Part shown: piece after piece, positions 26,477 through 35,909 of the stretch
How the letters are laid out: every line of letters starts with the position of its first letter
How positions within the stretch are numbered: the first letter of the stretch is position 1
NCBI GenBank assembly: GCA_002503055.1
Contig: DAQX01000026.1
Span: 46,071 to 110,070 of the forward strand
Reading direction: 5' to 3'
DNA: 64,000 nt
Source: Euryarchaeota archaeon UBA86
GTDB taxonomy: Archaea; Thermoplasmatota; Poseidoniia; Poseidoniales; Thalassarchaeaceae
Made by a program: the position numbers and the translations under genes
Notes under the pieces: model-generated
Told to the model about the DNA's origin: nothing
The model's database searches: none
What the model saw: the letters and a program-made list of their open reading frames with translations, nothing else

Positions 26477-27657
26477 TGAAACTCTTGTTGGATTAAGTTT
26501 TCACATCGATTAGCAATAGCTTCACCGACATCTGAGGTGCTAGCATTACCGCCGAGATCATAGGTGACAATTTCCCCTTCCTCGAAGTGTTGCTGGATTG
26601 CTTGTTGTAGGATGTCCGCACATTTATCCAAATCCTCATCTTTCTTTCTGTAGGCTAGTGCTTCGAACATTAGTTGGACTGACTGAAGCATAGCAATCGG
26701 ATTGACAACATTCTGACCGGTATACTTTGGTGCTGATCCATGGACTGGTTCAAACATCATGTGCTTAGGTCCCATGTTGGCACTGGCGGCCATTCCCAGA
26801 CCCCCTTGCAATACGCTTGCTAGGTCAGTTGCAATGTCTCCAAACATGTTTGGAAGAACCACTACATCGAGGTCTTCTGGATTCCTCATCAACCACATAG
26901 TGAATGCATCAATGTATGCGGCATCGGTGTCAATATCGGGATTCGCTTCTGATATTTCGGTGAATATTTTCCTGAATAACCTGCATCCTCGGGTGACATT
27001 TGACTTATCGACACATGTTACTGATTGGGCTGTTCCCAACTTGTTCTCACGGTGACGAGCAAGGTCGAATGCGAAATTGATTACTCGCTCGCTCCCCTTA
27101 CGAGAAATTGGTCTGGGATCCCATGCTACCTCTCCATCTAGACCCGGAAACTCTTCGATTACGATTGGTTCGTCCTTCTCGCCCTTGGCTTTCTGCTCCA
27201 TACGTCGTAGCAGTGAGTGGTAAAGTCCCTCTGTATTTTCTCTAATCATGACCATATCCACATGTTCTGGTTGCCAAACTTGTTGGTGCACTCCGTGGAC
27301 TTTGTGTTGAACGCCTGGATAGAGTTTGATTGGACGAACATTCGCGTACAGCCTTAGGCCACTCCGTAGCCCAAGGATGACTTGACCACCGGCCATGTCT
27401 CCATTCGGTAATCTAGCGCCTGGCCATCCTATAGCGCCCAGTAGAATTGCGTCAGAATTATCTCTACAATGCTCGAATGAACCCTCGGGCCATTCTTCTC
27501 CGGTTTCCAAGTAATACTGTCCTCCGCATGGAATATCTGTGATTTCGAAGGATACGGGACTATGCTGTTGGAAGACATCGATCACCCTTAGCGCCTCGGC
27601 CATAACTTCTGGCCCTGTTCCGTCGCCGGCCAAGACCGTGAGGCGGTAACCAGTCAT
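26473..27657 (-). CDS. Isocitrate/isopropylmalate/tartrate dehydrogenase family oxidoreductase
   Basis: LTVLAGDGTGPEV, IRENTEGLY and NMFGDIATDLASVLQGGLGMAASANMG are family signatures. The substrate is not resolved. I chose ATG 27657; the ORF is open to 27681. Confidence 0.85.
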   Translation of the reverse strand: MTGYRLTVLAGDGTGPEVMAEALRVIDVFQQHSPVSFEITDIPCGGQYYLETGEEWPEGSFEHCRDNSDAILLGAIGWPGARLPNGDMAGGQVILGLRSGLRLYANVRPIKLYPGVQHKVHGVHQQVWQPEHVDMVMIRENTEGLYHSLLRRMEQKAKGEKDEPIVIEEFPGLDGEVAWDPRPISRKGSERVINFAFDLARHRENKLGTAQSVTCVDKSNVTRGCRLFRKIFTEISEANPDIDTDAAYIDAFTMWLMRNPEDLDVVVLPNMFGDIATDLASVLQGGLGMAASANMGPKHMMFEPVHGSAPKYTGQNVVNPIAMLQSVQLMFEALAYRKKDEDLDKCADILQQAIQQHFEEGEIVTYDLGGNASTSDVGEAIANRCENLIQQEFH

Positions 27658-27756
27658 GAGTCGTTGGCACTTGTTCATCATTCATCAATACAACCCTCAA
27701 ATTCGCTGTGGGTTCTAGGCGATAATTGATAGACGGTCACCACGAACCAGCGAAAC

Positions 27757-28365
27757 ATGGACCGTCAACCCGAGGATGGAAGCGAAAGCCCACGGATAGA
27801 TGTCAGGTCTCTACCTGATTCTGTTGCGAGGCTGTGGGAGACTATGCTCAGGCTAGATCCTTCGTGGGATCTTTCCGAGTGGTTGGACAAGAGAGCCACA
27901 GATGAATTGGAGTTAGTAGAGAGTCACCTTGGAAGAGAGAGGCTCCGATTGGAACAGAGACTACACCGAATCGAGACTCTCGTCAAGAGGTTGCGACGTC
28001 AGCGCGAAGTCGTCGAGCGTTCAACTTGGATAGATCCGCATCAGAAAAATCTCTTTGATGTTTATGAGAAAAATGCAGAGAAGGAGGAATCGCGACAAGA
28101 TGTAGTTGAGGGAGAAGCTGCCGTTGACTTTGGCTCTCTTGACACTGATGATGATCCATTCCTAGCTATTGTCTCAGAGCACATTTTAGGGCTGATTGAA
28201 GAGTCAATAGAGAGTGGTGAGGAACAACTCCATTTCGACCGATTAGTGGCCGAACTGGAAGGTTTTGGGATAAGAACCGACGAGATTGATGAAGCGGTCG
28301 CTTGGTTACTACACCGTCGAGTAATCATTGAATTGGAAGAGGATTCTTTCGGACTGAACGGTTGA
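27757..28365 (+). CDS. Hypothetical acidic coiled-coil protein with a possible C-terminal winged-helix
   Basis: A 202-aa ORF in a co-directional cluster. It has a central heptad-like charged segment and the C-terminus FDRLVAELEGFGIRTDEIDEAVAWLLHRRVIIELEED. I recognise no family. Confidence 0.4.
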   Translation: MDRQPEDGSESPRIDVRSLPDSVARLWETMLRLDPSWDLSEWLDKRATDELELVESHLGRERLRLEQRLHRIETLVKRLRRQREVVERSTWIDPHQKNLFDVYEKNAEKEESRQDVVEGEAAVDFGSLDTDDDPFLAIVSEHILGLIEESIESGEEQLHFDRLVAELEGFGIRTDEIDEAVAWLLHRRVIIELEEDSFGLNG

Positions 28366-28428
28366 TTTTGTTCGCAACCGATTAACAAGCATTCAAAGAA
28401 GGGTAGCGATTCCGCTAATCGTAGTACC

Positions 28429-30408
28429 ATGTCAAGTGTCGCTTCGGGGTGGTACGCACGCCTCGATCATGTATGTCCTGATCGTGTTGAGCAGCTCGAA
28501 AAGTGGATTGATTCTTGGGAAGAAGCTGTGCTCCACAGAATGCCAATTGCTGCCACTATGCCGGGCTCGTGGCCGACTCTTCCTGCCGGACTAATCTCAG
28601 ATCCTGGGGCGGTTCTAGAACACCTTCTGGCCCGACACGAGGCTGTTAGTGATGGTCGCTCACCAAGAGGTGCTTATTCCACCCCTGACAGATTGGTTCG
28701 TGCAGTTTTGGCTGACGAACTCAAGGGTCATTCGAAAAGCACCAAGGAGCCTCCCTCGACTCTCTCTTTGGCTGCAATGCCACCCGCATTCAGGGCTTAT
28801 GCCGAGAAGTTGAATCAAACCGCCCTCAGTGGCTCCGAGGAGGCTTCGGAAGGTGCCATTCTGGCTGGAGAGATTACTCGTACTGGTGTACCTATTCCTT
28901 TCTGTGATCCGGCGGCCTCTGGAGGAGTTGTCCCGAGCAGTTTGTTGAGAATCCACATTTCACGGTGTGAGAATTTGTCTGTGGAGCAAGCCCGCGAGGA
29001 TACTCTTCGACTACTGCGTGGCCTACAGATATCTGATCCATCGCGAATCGCGGTGACTTGTACTCGCAGACGAATCTTGTTGGTGCTTGCCCGCTCGGGA
29101 TTAGTAGACTTGCAGGGAGATGGAGATAGTGAGCGCATAGGCCGCAAAGAGGTTGAGGAGGTTCTGGAGTCTAGTGTTGTACAAGTCGATGCACTGAGAG
29201 ATAGTTGGCCATGGAAGGAGTCCCCTCGTCTGCTAGTCAGTAGACCTCCATGGCTTCGTATCAAGGATAGGTTCAGAGGTCATCTCGATGGCAGCGAGCT
29301 GAGGAAGAAATTGTCAAGGTCATTGCGTAACACTACTGAGAGTGACGGGAGTAAGAGATTCTCTGCTCTCAGGGGCAATGTGAATCTGTACAGGTTGTAC
29401 ATTGAGAGATCTTTGCAGCTTGTACGAGAAGGTGGAAAGGTCCGCATGATTGTTCCTGATACGGTCCTGAGAGAGAAGAGTAGTATTGCTCTCCGGAAGA
29501 TGATTGTAGAGCAGAATCAATGGATCTCCTCTTGGTGGATCCCTGAACCCCAGAGAATTTTCCCAGGAACCTCGCAGGGCGTTTCCGTAATCGGATTAGA
29601 GGTTGGTGGAAAGACTGAAATGATGACCAGTTTCGGGCCACTAAGAGCTGATGACATCTCAACCAAGACTGGCTTGGACAATAGTTCACCATTCATAGAA
29701 ATGGAGCGTGGCCCTTGGTCGGTTTGGACCGATATGACCTGGGCTGTCCCCCGCATGCCGCGCGATGATTTCTCTCGTAGAGCCGTACTCAAGGCGATTG
29801 GTGATCTAGCTGATCAGCCTAGACTCGGAGAGGAAGGTAACTGGCTCAACCCTAGTGATGAGCCGATTCGAGTCAGAGTTGGAGAAGTTGATCAATCGAA
29901 GTGGTCCTCGGACATCGGCTGTTGGAACGAAAGTAGTGATGGGGTCCCGTTCATCAGAGGTAGTCACTTCTTACTTGAAGACGGTAGAGTCAGTATCCGC
30001 CACCCGGCTTATGATGACAGCATCGAAGATGGTGCTACTGAGAGAACACATGCTCTCTGGGCTGGCCCAATAGAGGCCAAGGGGGTGTCTCGAGTTGCCT
30101 GTCAAGCTATTGTGAACGCTCAGAAGGAGCGTCGCCTTCGATGGGCTGTAGTGCCGCCCGACTGCGTGTTGGGGAACTCGGTAAATTACCTCGAATTACC
30201 AGAGGTTGTTCTAGATGGTCTGGCCGAAGAGCATGGTGGTGTGGATCAAGGCCTGCTGTCTCTAGCAGAGCAACTCAATTCTAATGTTCTGGACCTGTGG
30301 TCTAGGGCTTGGGCTGCTAACAACAATGTCAACAATTACGAGATCGAGAGTTTGCCTCTGCCGCCTCCTTCCACTGATGGTACCCTGAATTACGAATTGA
30401 GGCAGTAA
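28429..30408 (+). CDS. Eco57I/TaqI-like (gamma-class N6-adenine) methyltransferase homologue with non-canonical catalytic motif
   Basis: RGAYSTPDRLVRAVL resembles the G.yYTP motif. The motif I-like FCDPAASGG lies at 28906-28926. Motif IV reads SRPPW (29239-29253) instead of NPPY/W. NLYRLYIERSLQLVREGGKVRMIVPDTVLREKSSIALRKMIV is the typical post-motif-IV block, and the C-terminal ~280 aa look like a target-recognition domain. Confidence 0.6.
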   Translation: MSSVASGWYARLDHVCPDRVEQLEKWIDSWEEAVLHRMPIAATMPGSWPTLPAGLISDPGAVLEHLLARHEAVSDGRSPRGAYSTPDRLVRAVLADELKGHSKSTKEPPSTLSLAAMPPAFRAYAEKLNQTALSGSEEASEGAILAGEITRTGVPIPFCDPAASGGVVPSSLLRIHISRCENLSVEQAREDTLRLLRGLQISDPSRIAVTCTRRRILLVLARSGLVDLQGDGDSERIGRKEVEEVLESSVVQVDALRDSWPWKESPRLLVSRPPWLRIKDRFRGHLDGSELRKKLSRSLRNTTESDGSKRFSALRGNVNLYRLYIERSLQLVREGGKVRMIVPDTVLREKSSIALRKMIVEQNQWISSWWIPEPQRIFPGTSQGVSVIGLEVGGKTEMMTSFGPLRADDISTKTGLDNSSPFIEMERGPWSVWTDMTWAVPRMPRDDFSRRAVLKAIGDLADQPRLGEEGNWLNPSDEPIRVRVGEVDQSKWSSDIGCWNESSDGVPFIRGSHFLLEDGRVSIRHPAYDDSIEDGATERTHALWAGPIEAKGVSRVACQAIVNAQKERRLRWAVVPPDCVLGNSVNYLELPEVVLDGLAEEHGGVDQGLLSLAEQLNSNVLDLWSRAWAANNNVNNYEIESLPLPPPSTDGTLNYELRQ

Positions 30409-30549
30409 AATCTCTACTTTGAGTCATTTCTAGGAAAAATAATTCCATTTACCTGCGAAATTACTGCATATGACCAAACACTCTATTATCCTAAGGCTCA
30501 GTAAGCGGAGCATTCCATCGCGCAAGCATTGGCATAAGAGGCAGAAGTA

Positions 30550-31110
30550 ATGGGAATCAATCCAAAGATTGGCATCACCGGACTGCCTCGCTCAGGCAAG
30601 TCAGCCGTACTGGACAAGGTCGTCAGTATGCTCGCCGAAGAACAAGGTGCGGGTTCTGAAATTAGTGTCATTGGTGGGATGAGAAGTGAAGCCATCATTG
30701 AGAACGGTGAGCGTGTTGGTTACGCCTGCATAGACATCGCCACAGGAGAAAGTGGGGTGATGGCTCATCGAGAGATAGACTCTCGAAACAGAATTCTCGG
30801 ATATGGAATAGATCCTACTGAAATCGATAGGGTCGGTGTTCCGGCCATCCGCAACGCGATTGGGAACTGCGAGGTGTTGGTAATTGATGAGGTGGGTAAG
30901 TTCACCGTAGAGAGTGAAGGATTCGTTGATGCAGTCAGGGAGGCTTTGGAATACGATATGCCCACACTGTTGACCCTACACAAGAAGAGTCGTCATCCAC
31001 TCCTACAAGACATACGAAGAAGAGATGATGGGCGCATTCTAGAAGTCACTCCAGTCAACAGGGCCCTGCTTCCATACAAGGTACTCAAGCTGATTAGCGA
31101 GAAGCCATGA
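30550..31110 (+). CDS. P-loop nucleoside-triphosphatase, THEP1/MJ1559-like (NTPase_1)
   Basis: The Walker A motif is KIGITGLPRSGKSAV, the Walker B motif is VLVIDEVGKFTVESEGF, and the size (~186 aa) fits. Confidence 0.65.
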   Translation: MGINPKIGITGLPRSGKSAVLDKVVSMLAEEQGAGSEISVIGGMRSEAIIENGERVGYACIDIATGESGVMAHREIDSRNRILGYGIDPTEIDRVGVPAIRNAIGNCEVLVIDEVGKFTVESEGFVDAVREALEYDMPTLLTLHKKSRHPLLQDIRRRDDGRILEVTPVNRALLPYKVLKLISEKP

Positions 31111-31129
31111 ATCTGCGGTCAAGTTATGC

Positions 31130-31525
31130 GTGGAATGCCGTTGCGCATCCATGGATTCACCGGCTGGTCGAACTCGCAGAGTTCTGATAGGCTTCGCAGT
31201 TCCGTTGTACATACTAACCGCTCTCTCGCTCGCAGAGGGTAGGATTTCGTTACTTTCCGACGAATCGCCAGTAGATTCCTCACTCGCTCCCCTATTTGCT
31301 GGGCTCGCGATTCTGGCCACCCTGCTCCAGGCATACATCGGCTGGCTAGGAGATAAATCTCATGGCTCCTCAAGATTGGATTCCCTGATTAGTCGCGAGG
31401 AAGAGGGTGAGATGCTCCAGAGGCTGCGCCGGGAGCAGCATGAAGCGGATGTTGCCAGCATGGGTTCTGCATGGGCAGAAATGGAAAAGGAGCACCTAGA
31501 GAAGTCACTAGGAGAGGAAGAGTGA
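31130..31525 (+). CDS. Hypothetical membrane protein with a charged C-terminal helix
   Basis: Two hydrophobic segments (VLIGFAVPLYILTALSLA, LAPLFAGLAILATLLQAYIGWL) are followed by an E/R-rich tail. Confidence 0.35.
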   Translation: MECRCASMDSPAGRTRRVLIGFAVPLYILTALSLAEGRISLLSDESPVDSSLAPLFAGLAILATLLQAYIGWLGDKSHGSSRLDSLISREEEGEMLQRLRREQHEADVASMGSAWAEMEKEHLEKSLGEEE

Positions 31526-31572
31526 GTATCGAAACCTTCACCCCCTGAATGCATTACCGAGGTACGAGAAAT

Positions 31573-31956
31573 ATGAGTGAAGTACCAGACAACCTGCATT
31601 ACACCGAGTCTCACGAGTGGATTAGAATCGAAGGTGACAAGGTAATAGTGGGCATCACCGACTACGCCCAAGATGCATTGACTGATGTGGTTTGGGTCGA
31701 ATTGGCTGAGATAGGTGCCAAGATAGGTGCCATGGAGCCATGTGCTAGTGTCGAGTCGGTCAAATCAGTCAGTGAAATCTATGCACCGGTCGCTGGAGAA
31801 ATTGTTGAGTCCAATGAGGCTCTGGAGGACGCTCCTGAGATAATCAATCAGGACCCGTATGGTGAGGGTTGGATTTTCGCCCTGAGGATGGACGATGCTT
31901 CTCAGATTGAAGGTCTGCTTGATGCGGCTACATACTCCGGTCTGATTGGAGACTGA
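31573..31956 (+). CDS. gcvH: Glycine cleavage system H protein
   Basis: YTESHEWIRIEGD, GITDYAQDAL and the lipoyl-lysine context VESVKSVSEIYAPVAGEIVESN are present. I chose ATG 31573. Confidence 0.9.
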   Translation: MSEVPDNLHYTESHEWIRIEGDKVIVGITDYAQDALTDVVWVELAEIGAKIGAMEPCASVESVKSVSEIYAPVAGEIVESNEALEDAPEIINQDPYGEGWIFALRMDDASQIEGLLDAATYSGLIGD

Positions 31957-31958
31957 AG

Positions 31959-32495
31959 ATGGTGGATTCACCCCTACACATCTATGTCGATGGGTCGTGT
32001 GAAGAGAACCGAAATGTCACAGCAAGCACCCCTGCTGGATGGGGTTTCTGTGTAGTGGACGGTGATAGTGGGATTGGCCGTGGGAGCGGGGATGTCATCG
32101 CCGAGCGTTCAGGACCGGTAGTTACAGATCCTTCAAAGAATGGGTACCTAGGAGCAGAAGTTGGTTCGAACAACACAGCAGAACTCACCGCGATTGCTCA
32201 TGCAGCCAGATGGATACTAAGTCAACCAGAGGGCGGAGTTGTAGTAATCAGGGGAGATTCACAATACGCTCTCAATATTGCCTCAGGAGAGTGGCGGGCT
32301 AAGGCCAACCAAGATCTGGCCGAGTCAGTGAGGGTTTTGTGGCAGGAGGTGGATTCTGTACGAGGTTTGAGGGGCGAGCATGTTCGCGCTCACCGAGGAC
32401 ACAGGTGGAACGAGAGAGCAGACCATCTCGCTTTCAGGGCGATGCAGGGAGATTCTCCTCTGCCATTGCAATTCTGGAAGCCTGGTCGGCGCTGA
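31959..32495 (+). CDS. rnhA: Ribonuclease HI (type 1 RNase H)
   Basis: IYVDGSC, NNTAELTAIAHAARW, IRGDSQYALN and HVRAHRGHRWNERADHLA give the DEDD catalytic pattern of RNase HI. Confidence 0.85.
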   Translation: MVDSPLHIYVDGSCEENRNVTASTPAGWGFCVVDGDSGIGRGSGDVIAERSGPVVTDPSKNGYLGAEVGSNNTAELTAIAHAARWILSQPEGGVVVIRGDSQYALNIASGEWRAKANQDLAESVRVLWQEVDSVRGLRGEHVRAHRGHRWNERADHLAFRAMQGDSPLPLQFWKPGRR

Positions 32496-32963
32496 CTATT
32501 CCGAATCTGAAAGCGTGCCTACGCTAAGATAGACATAGGCTCCATTTAGCAAGGCCAGTAGTCCGACAAGAGTCAGAATAAGGCCTGTTGGTTTAGGTAG
32601 TGCTTCTTCGACAACATTTCCTGCTAACCATGCTGCAGCGATAATCGCAAGTCCTGCCGCTATCACACTTCTGGAAGAGCCTTCGGGATCCTGCCAAAGA
32701 TCCATCCAAGGAACCAGACCTTTGCGCTTGAAGGTCAGCCTGTACCAAGCGGCGTATAGGAAAACAAGACCAGTTAGCCCGATTATGCCCAAAGTGAATG
32801 ACTCAGCATCCCATGGCCCTGCGGGAGCCAATTTCACTGTCAGGGTGTTGAGTAGCAAGATGCTGCCGATGGCTGCGTGGGCCCTCCATTCAGGTCCGGC
32901 CTGGTCCTCCATGCAAGGACGAGGTGGTGTCTGCGCTTGAAATCCGCGCAGCGATGGAGTCAT
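32496..32963 (-). CDS. Hypothetical integral membrane protein
   Basis: A 155-aa ORF with about 4 hydrophobic helices. I recognise no family. Confidence 0.4.
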   Translation of the reverse strand: MTPSLRGFQAQTPPRPCMEDQAGPEWRAHAAIGSILLLNTLTVKLAPAGPWDAESFTLGIIGLTGLVFLYAAWYRLTFKRKGLVPWMDLWQDPEGSSRSVIAAGLAIIAAAWLAGNVVEEALPKPTGLILTLVGLLALLNGAYVYLSVGTLSDSE

Positions 32964-32987
32964 GAGTGACCTCTCGCAGCGAGATTC

Positions 32988-33932
32988 GTGGAGTATTCAA
33001 TCAGTATCGAAGATGTCTTCGCCGCCGCAGCCAGATTGGATGGGATTGTGAAGCGTACTCCCGTGGTATCAGCCGAGGGTATTGACAAAATTGCAGGTAG
33101 ACAGGTACTGATGAAGTGCGAGAATCTGCAGCATATTGGGGCGTTCAAGTTCAGAGGGGCAACAAATGCTGTGATTATGCTTGGTGATGCGGCCGAGAAA
33201 GGCGTATGCACCCACAGTAGTGGTAATCATGCACAAGCTCTCTCAATGGCAGCTAAGAATAGAGGAGTCGATGCGTACATTGTGATGCCAAAAACCGCAC
33301 CTAGAGTCAAGGTTCTCGGAGTTAAGAATCAAGGTGCTGAGTTAACTTTCTGTGAGCCCACTCTAGAGGCTAGAGAAGCTACTGCCGGAGAAATCATCGA
33401 TAGAACCGGGGCCGCTCTGGTTCATCCATACGATAACCCGGATGTGATTGCTGGCCAGGGAACAGCCGCCCTCGAGTTCTTCCAACAGGCCGGTGAACTC
33501 GATGCCGTTGTCTCACCAGTGGGAGGTGGCGGGTTGATGTCCGGGACCAGTGTTGCCATTAGGGCATTGACCCCCGAGGCCCGAATTTTCGGTGCTGAGC
33601 CAGAGGGAGCAGATGATGCTGCAAGATCTCTAGAGGCGGATGAATTCCTGCCACAGACTGGTCCTGACACGATTTGTGATGGTCTTCTTACTAGTATGGG
33701 TGAGCACACCTGGCCGATTATTAGGGATCATCTGGAAACTATTGTCAGGGTCTCAGACGAGGAGGTGGTCGAGGCGATGCGTTTGATTTTGGATAATTTA
33801 GGAATGGTCGTCGAGCCCAGTGGTGCGGCCTCTCTAGCCGCTGTCCTCACTCCTGAGTTCAAGGAACTGGAAGGAATTGACAGAGTCGGTGTGATTCTCT
33901 CAGGAGGGAATGTCGATTCCCTTCCGTTTTGA
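32988..33932 (+). CDS. PLP-dependent threonine/serine dehydratase (serine racemase-like)
   Basis: The PLP-lysine block [28 protein letters not shown] and the glycine loop [11 protein letters not shown] are present. Confidence 0.85.
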   Translation: MEYSISIEDVFAAAARLDGIVKRTPVVSAEGIDKIAGRQVLMKCENLQHIGAFKFRGATNAVIMLGDAAEKGVCTHSSGNHAQALSMAAKNRGVDAYIVMPKTAPRVKVLGVKNQGAELTFCEPTLEAREATAGEIIDRTGAALVHPYDNPDVIAGQGTAALEFFQQAGELDAVVSPVGGGGLMSGTSVAIRALTPEARIFGAEPEGADDAARSLEADEFLPQTGPDTICDGLLTSMGEHTWPIIRDHLETIVRVSDEEVVEAMRLILDNLGMVVEPSGAASLAAVLTPEFKELEGIDRVGVILSGGNVDSLPF

Positions 33933-35763
33933 TGATAATATAGAGGTAGAGAAGTTGAGTGGAATTAGGACTAGAGCGGTGTTGCTGGTCTTGGTATTCG
34001 CCTCGGCGCCACTATCGGGGTGTCTTGGTAGCCAGACAGAGAAGCCTGAGCCCGAGGATAATCACTGGCTTCCTGATGTAGAAGATAGATCTGGTATGAT
34101 TTACAGAGCAGACGATGTTTTCTCTAGAGTCTCTTGGAATGGTTCCCATCTGATTGACGAGGTTCGCTCGGTTTATGTCCCAGTGCCAGAAATCGATGCT
34201 TCAGATGGTGGTGCAGGAGTAACTGGCGGGGCCGAGGTTCACCTTGGTCTGTGGTTGCCCGTAATCGAGGGGTGCGACTGGGGGGCGGCAGAGGTTCCCG
34301 AAGATTGCAAGGTTCCGGTTCTAGCCGAGATAGGCCCCTACTACAATGATGGAGATGTAGACGCATTGACACCCGCCGACCGTCTCGGACGATTTCTAAT
34401 CGAGAATTTCGTTCCTCATGGATATGGAGTGGCTCAGGTCTCCGTCTTCGGGACGGGTGAGTCGAACCATTGTATGGATCTGATGGGGTATGATGAGCAG
34501 GCAGGAATCAAGGCGGCTGTGGACTGGCTTGGGACTCAGCCGTGGTCAAATGGTCGTGTTGGTGCAATTGGTAAGTCGTACGACGGTAGTACACCATGGA
34601 ATGCCGCTGCTGCGGGATCCGATTATCTCGCCACCATCGTGCCTATGTCGGGTCTGATAGGTGTTCATGATTTGATGTGGAGAAACGGTAGCATGGAGTT
34701 TCGAGGGGCAATCATGCACAACGGTGTCTACGGTTCTTTTGGGCTTGATGGAGACTCCGGAGATATTGAGAACGCATGTGAGGGGTATCTGGAAGGATAT
34801 TACGCAGGACCTGCTGCTTACATGACCGGTGACAACCTAGCTTGGCTAGGCTCGGATTACTGGGAAGAGCGGCATTTCCTCACACCTGCGCTAGATGTTT
34901 ACGAGGGATCGATATACATCATTCACGGAATGCAAGATTGGAATGTGGACCCTCATATGGCGTTCCCTGTACATCAGATGTCAATTGATGCTGGGTTCGA
35001 TGTCAAGGGGCTGTATGGACAATGGGGTCACGACTATCCAGACCGTGTGAGTGGGCACTCGGGTTTGTCTAGCGGGCGGGGGGCCGAGGCATATCCGTAC
35101 ACACTGAGATGGGATTGGGCAGATGATTTGCTGGAATGGTTCGATTACTACCTTCGAGATATTGGCCCACAACCGAGGCTGATTGCCGAGATTCAGGACA
35201 ATATGGGCGGCTGGAGAGTTGAGTCGACCTATCCGCCCGAGGATGTTGAGTGGATGATGATAGGTATGGATGAGTGTGAAATCCTGCTTGGTGGGTCTAC
35301 TGTGACTTCAAGCAGCCAGACCAGAATTGAATGTCCAGTGTTCGAGCAAGAGACTCGCATAGTGGGAACTCCAACTTTCCATGTCGAGGCGCAGATAGGA
35401 CTGTTTGCAACCTCTGGGCATCTATTCGTGGAAATGGTAAGAACTTCTGACGAGATGCATCTCGGGCATGCTGTAATGGATTTGCGATTTCATGCGGGTG
35501 GCAAGGAAGGTGAAACATTGTTTCCAGGAAGTACTGTCATTGCGAAGATGGAGTTCTTCGGAATGGATGTTGTAGTGCCTGCAGGCGATGGTGTGACTCT
35601 ACTGATTACTCAAACTGGAGAGGATTATGTGCCTAGTCCGGTATCGGCACAGCCAGTCTCAATATCGCTCGACTCGATGAGTATTCTAGGTCTGTCGACA
35701 ATCAATCGAACCTGTTCTGACCTGTTCTTACCGCCAATGCAAGAAGCGTATCCATTTTGCTGA
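33910..35763 (+). CDS. Secreted CocE/NonD (X-Pro dipeptidyl-peptidase S15) family hydrolase, probable lipoprotein
   Basis: A signal peptide with a lipobox-like LSGC is followed by the nucleophile elbow [20 protein letters not shown] and GQWGHDYP, consistent with the S15 alpha/beta fold plus a C-terminal jelly-roll. Confidence 0.65.
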   Translation: MSIPFRFDDNIEVEKLSGIRTRAVLLVLVFASAPLSGCLGSQTEKPEPEDNHWLPDVEDRSGMIYRADDVFSRVSWNGSHLIDEVRSVYVPVPEIDASDGGAGVTGGAEVHLGLWLPVIEGCDWGAAEVPEDCKVPVLAEIGPYYNDGDVDALTPADRLGRFLIENFVPHGYGVAQVSVFGTGESNHCMDLMGYDEQAGIKAAVDWLGTQPWSNGRVGAIGKSYDGSTPWNAAAAGSDYLATIVPMSGLIGVHDLMWRNGSMEFRGAIMHNGVYGSFGLDGDSGDIENACEGYLEGYYAGPAAYMTGDNLAWLGSDYWEERHFLTPALDVYEGSIYIIHGMQDWNVDPHMAFPVHQMSIDAGFDVKGLYGQWGHDYPDRVSGHSGLSSGRGAEAYPYTLRWDWADDLLEWFDYYLRDIGPQPRLIAEIQDNMGGWRVESTYPPEDVEWMMIGMDECEILLGGSTVTSSSQTRIECPVFEQETRIVGTPTFHVEAQIGLFATSGHLFVEMVRTSDEMHLGHAVMDLRFHAGGKEGETLFPGSTVIAKMEFFGMDVVVPAGDGVTLLITQTGEDYVPSPVSAQPVSISLDSMSILGLSTINRTCSDLFLPPMQEAYPFC

Positions 35764-35799
35764 GTCAACTAATAGGGCACCCTATGAAACAGGAAATTA

Positions 35800-35873
35800 T
35801 GGAGCACGGGCCGGGATTTGCACCCGGGTCCACGGATCTGCAGTCCGTTGCATAGCTACTCTGCCACCCGTGC
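35800..35873 (-). tRNA. tRNA-Cys (anticodon GCA), with genomically encoded CCA
   Basis: Folded by hand. The acceptor stem GCACGGG/CCCGTGC has 7 perfect pairs. U8 is present and the D arm is GCAG..TGC. The anticodon arm is ACGGA-CTGCAGA-TCCGT. The variable loop is 4 nt. The T arm is CCGGG-TGCAAAT-CCCGG. The discriminator is U73, the Cys identity element, followed by CCA. Confidence 0.85.
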
Positions 35874-35909
35874 AGCGACCTCCCGAGCCGAGAGCCCCCC
35901 TTGAAGGGT

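Noticed and set aside
28815-29792. Minus-strand ORFs (149, 107, 91 and 66 aa) inside the methyltransferase-like gene.
   Set aside because: They are antisense to a 659-codon frame with recognisable MTase blocks. Their translations are Ser/Arg/Pro-rich shadow sequences.
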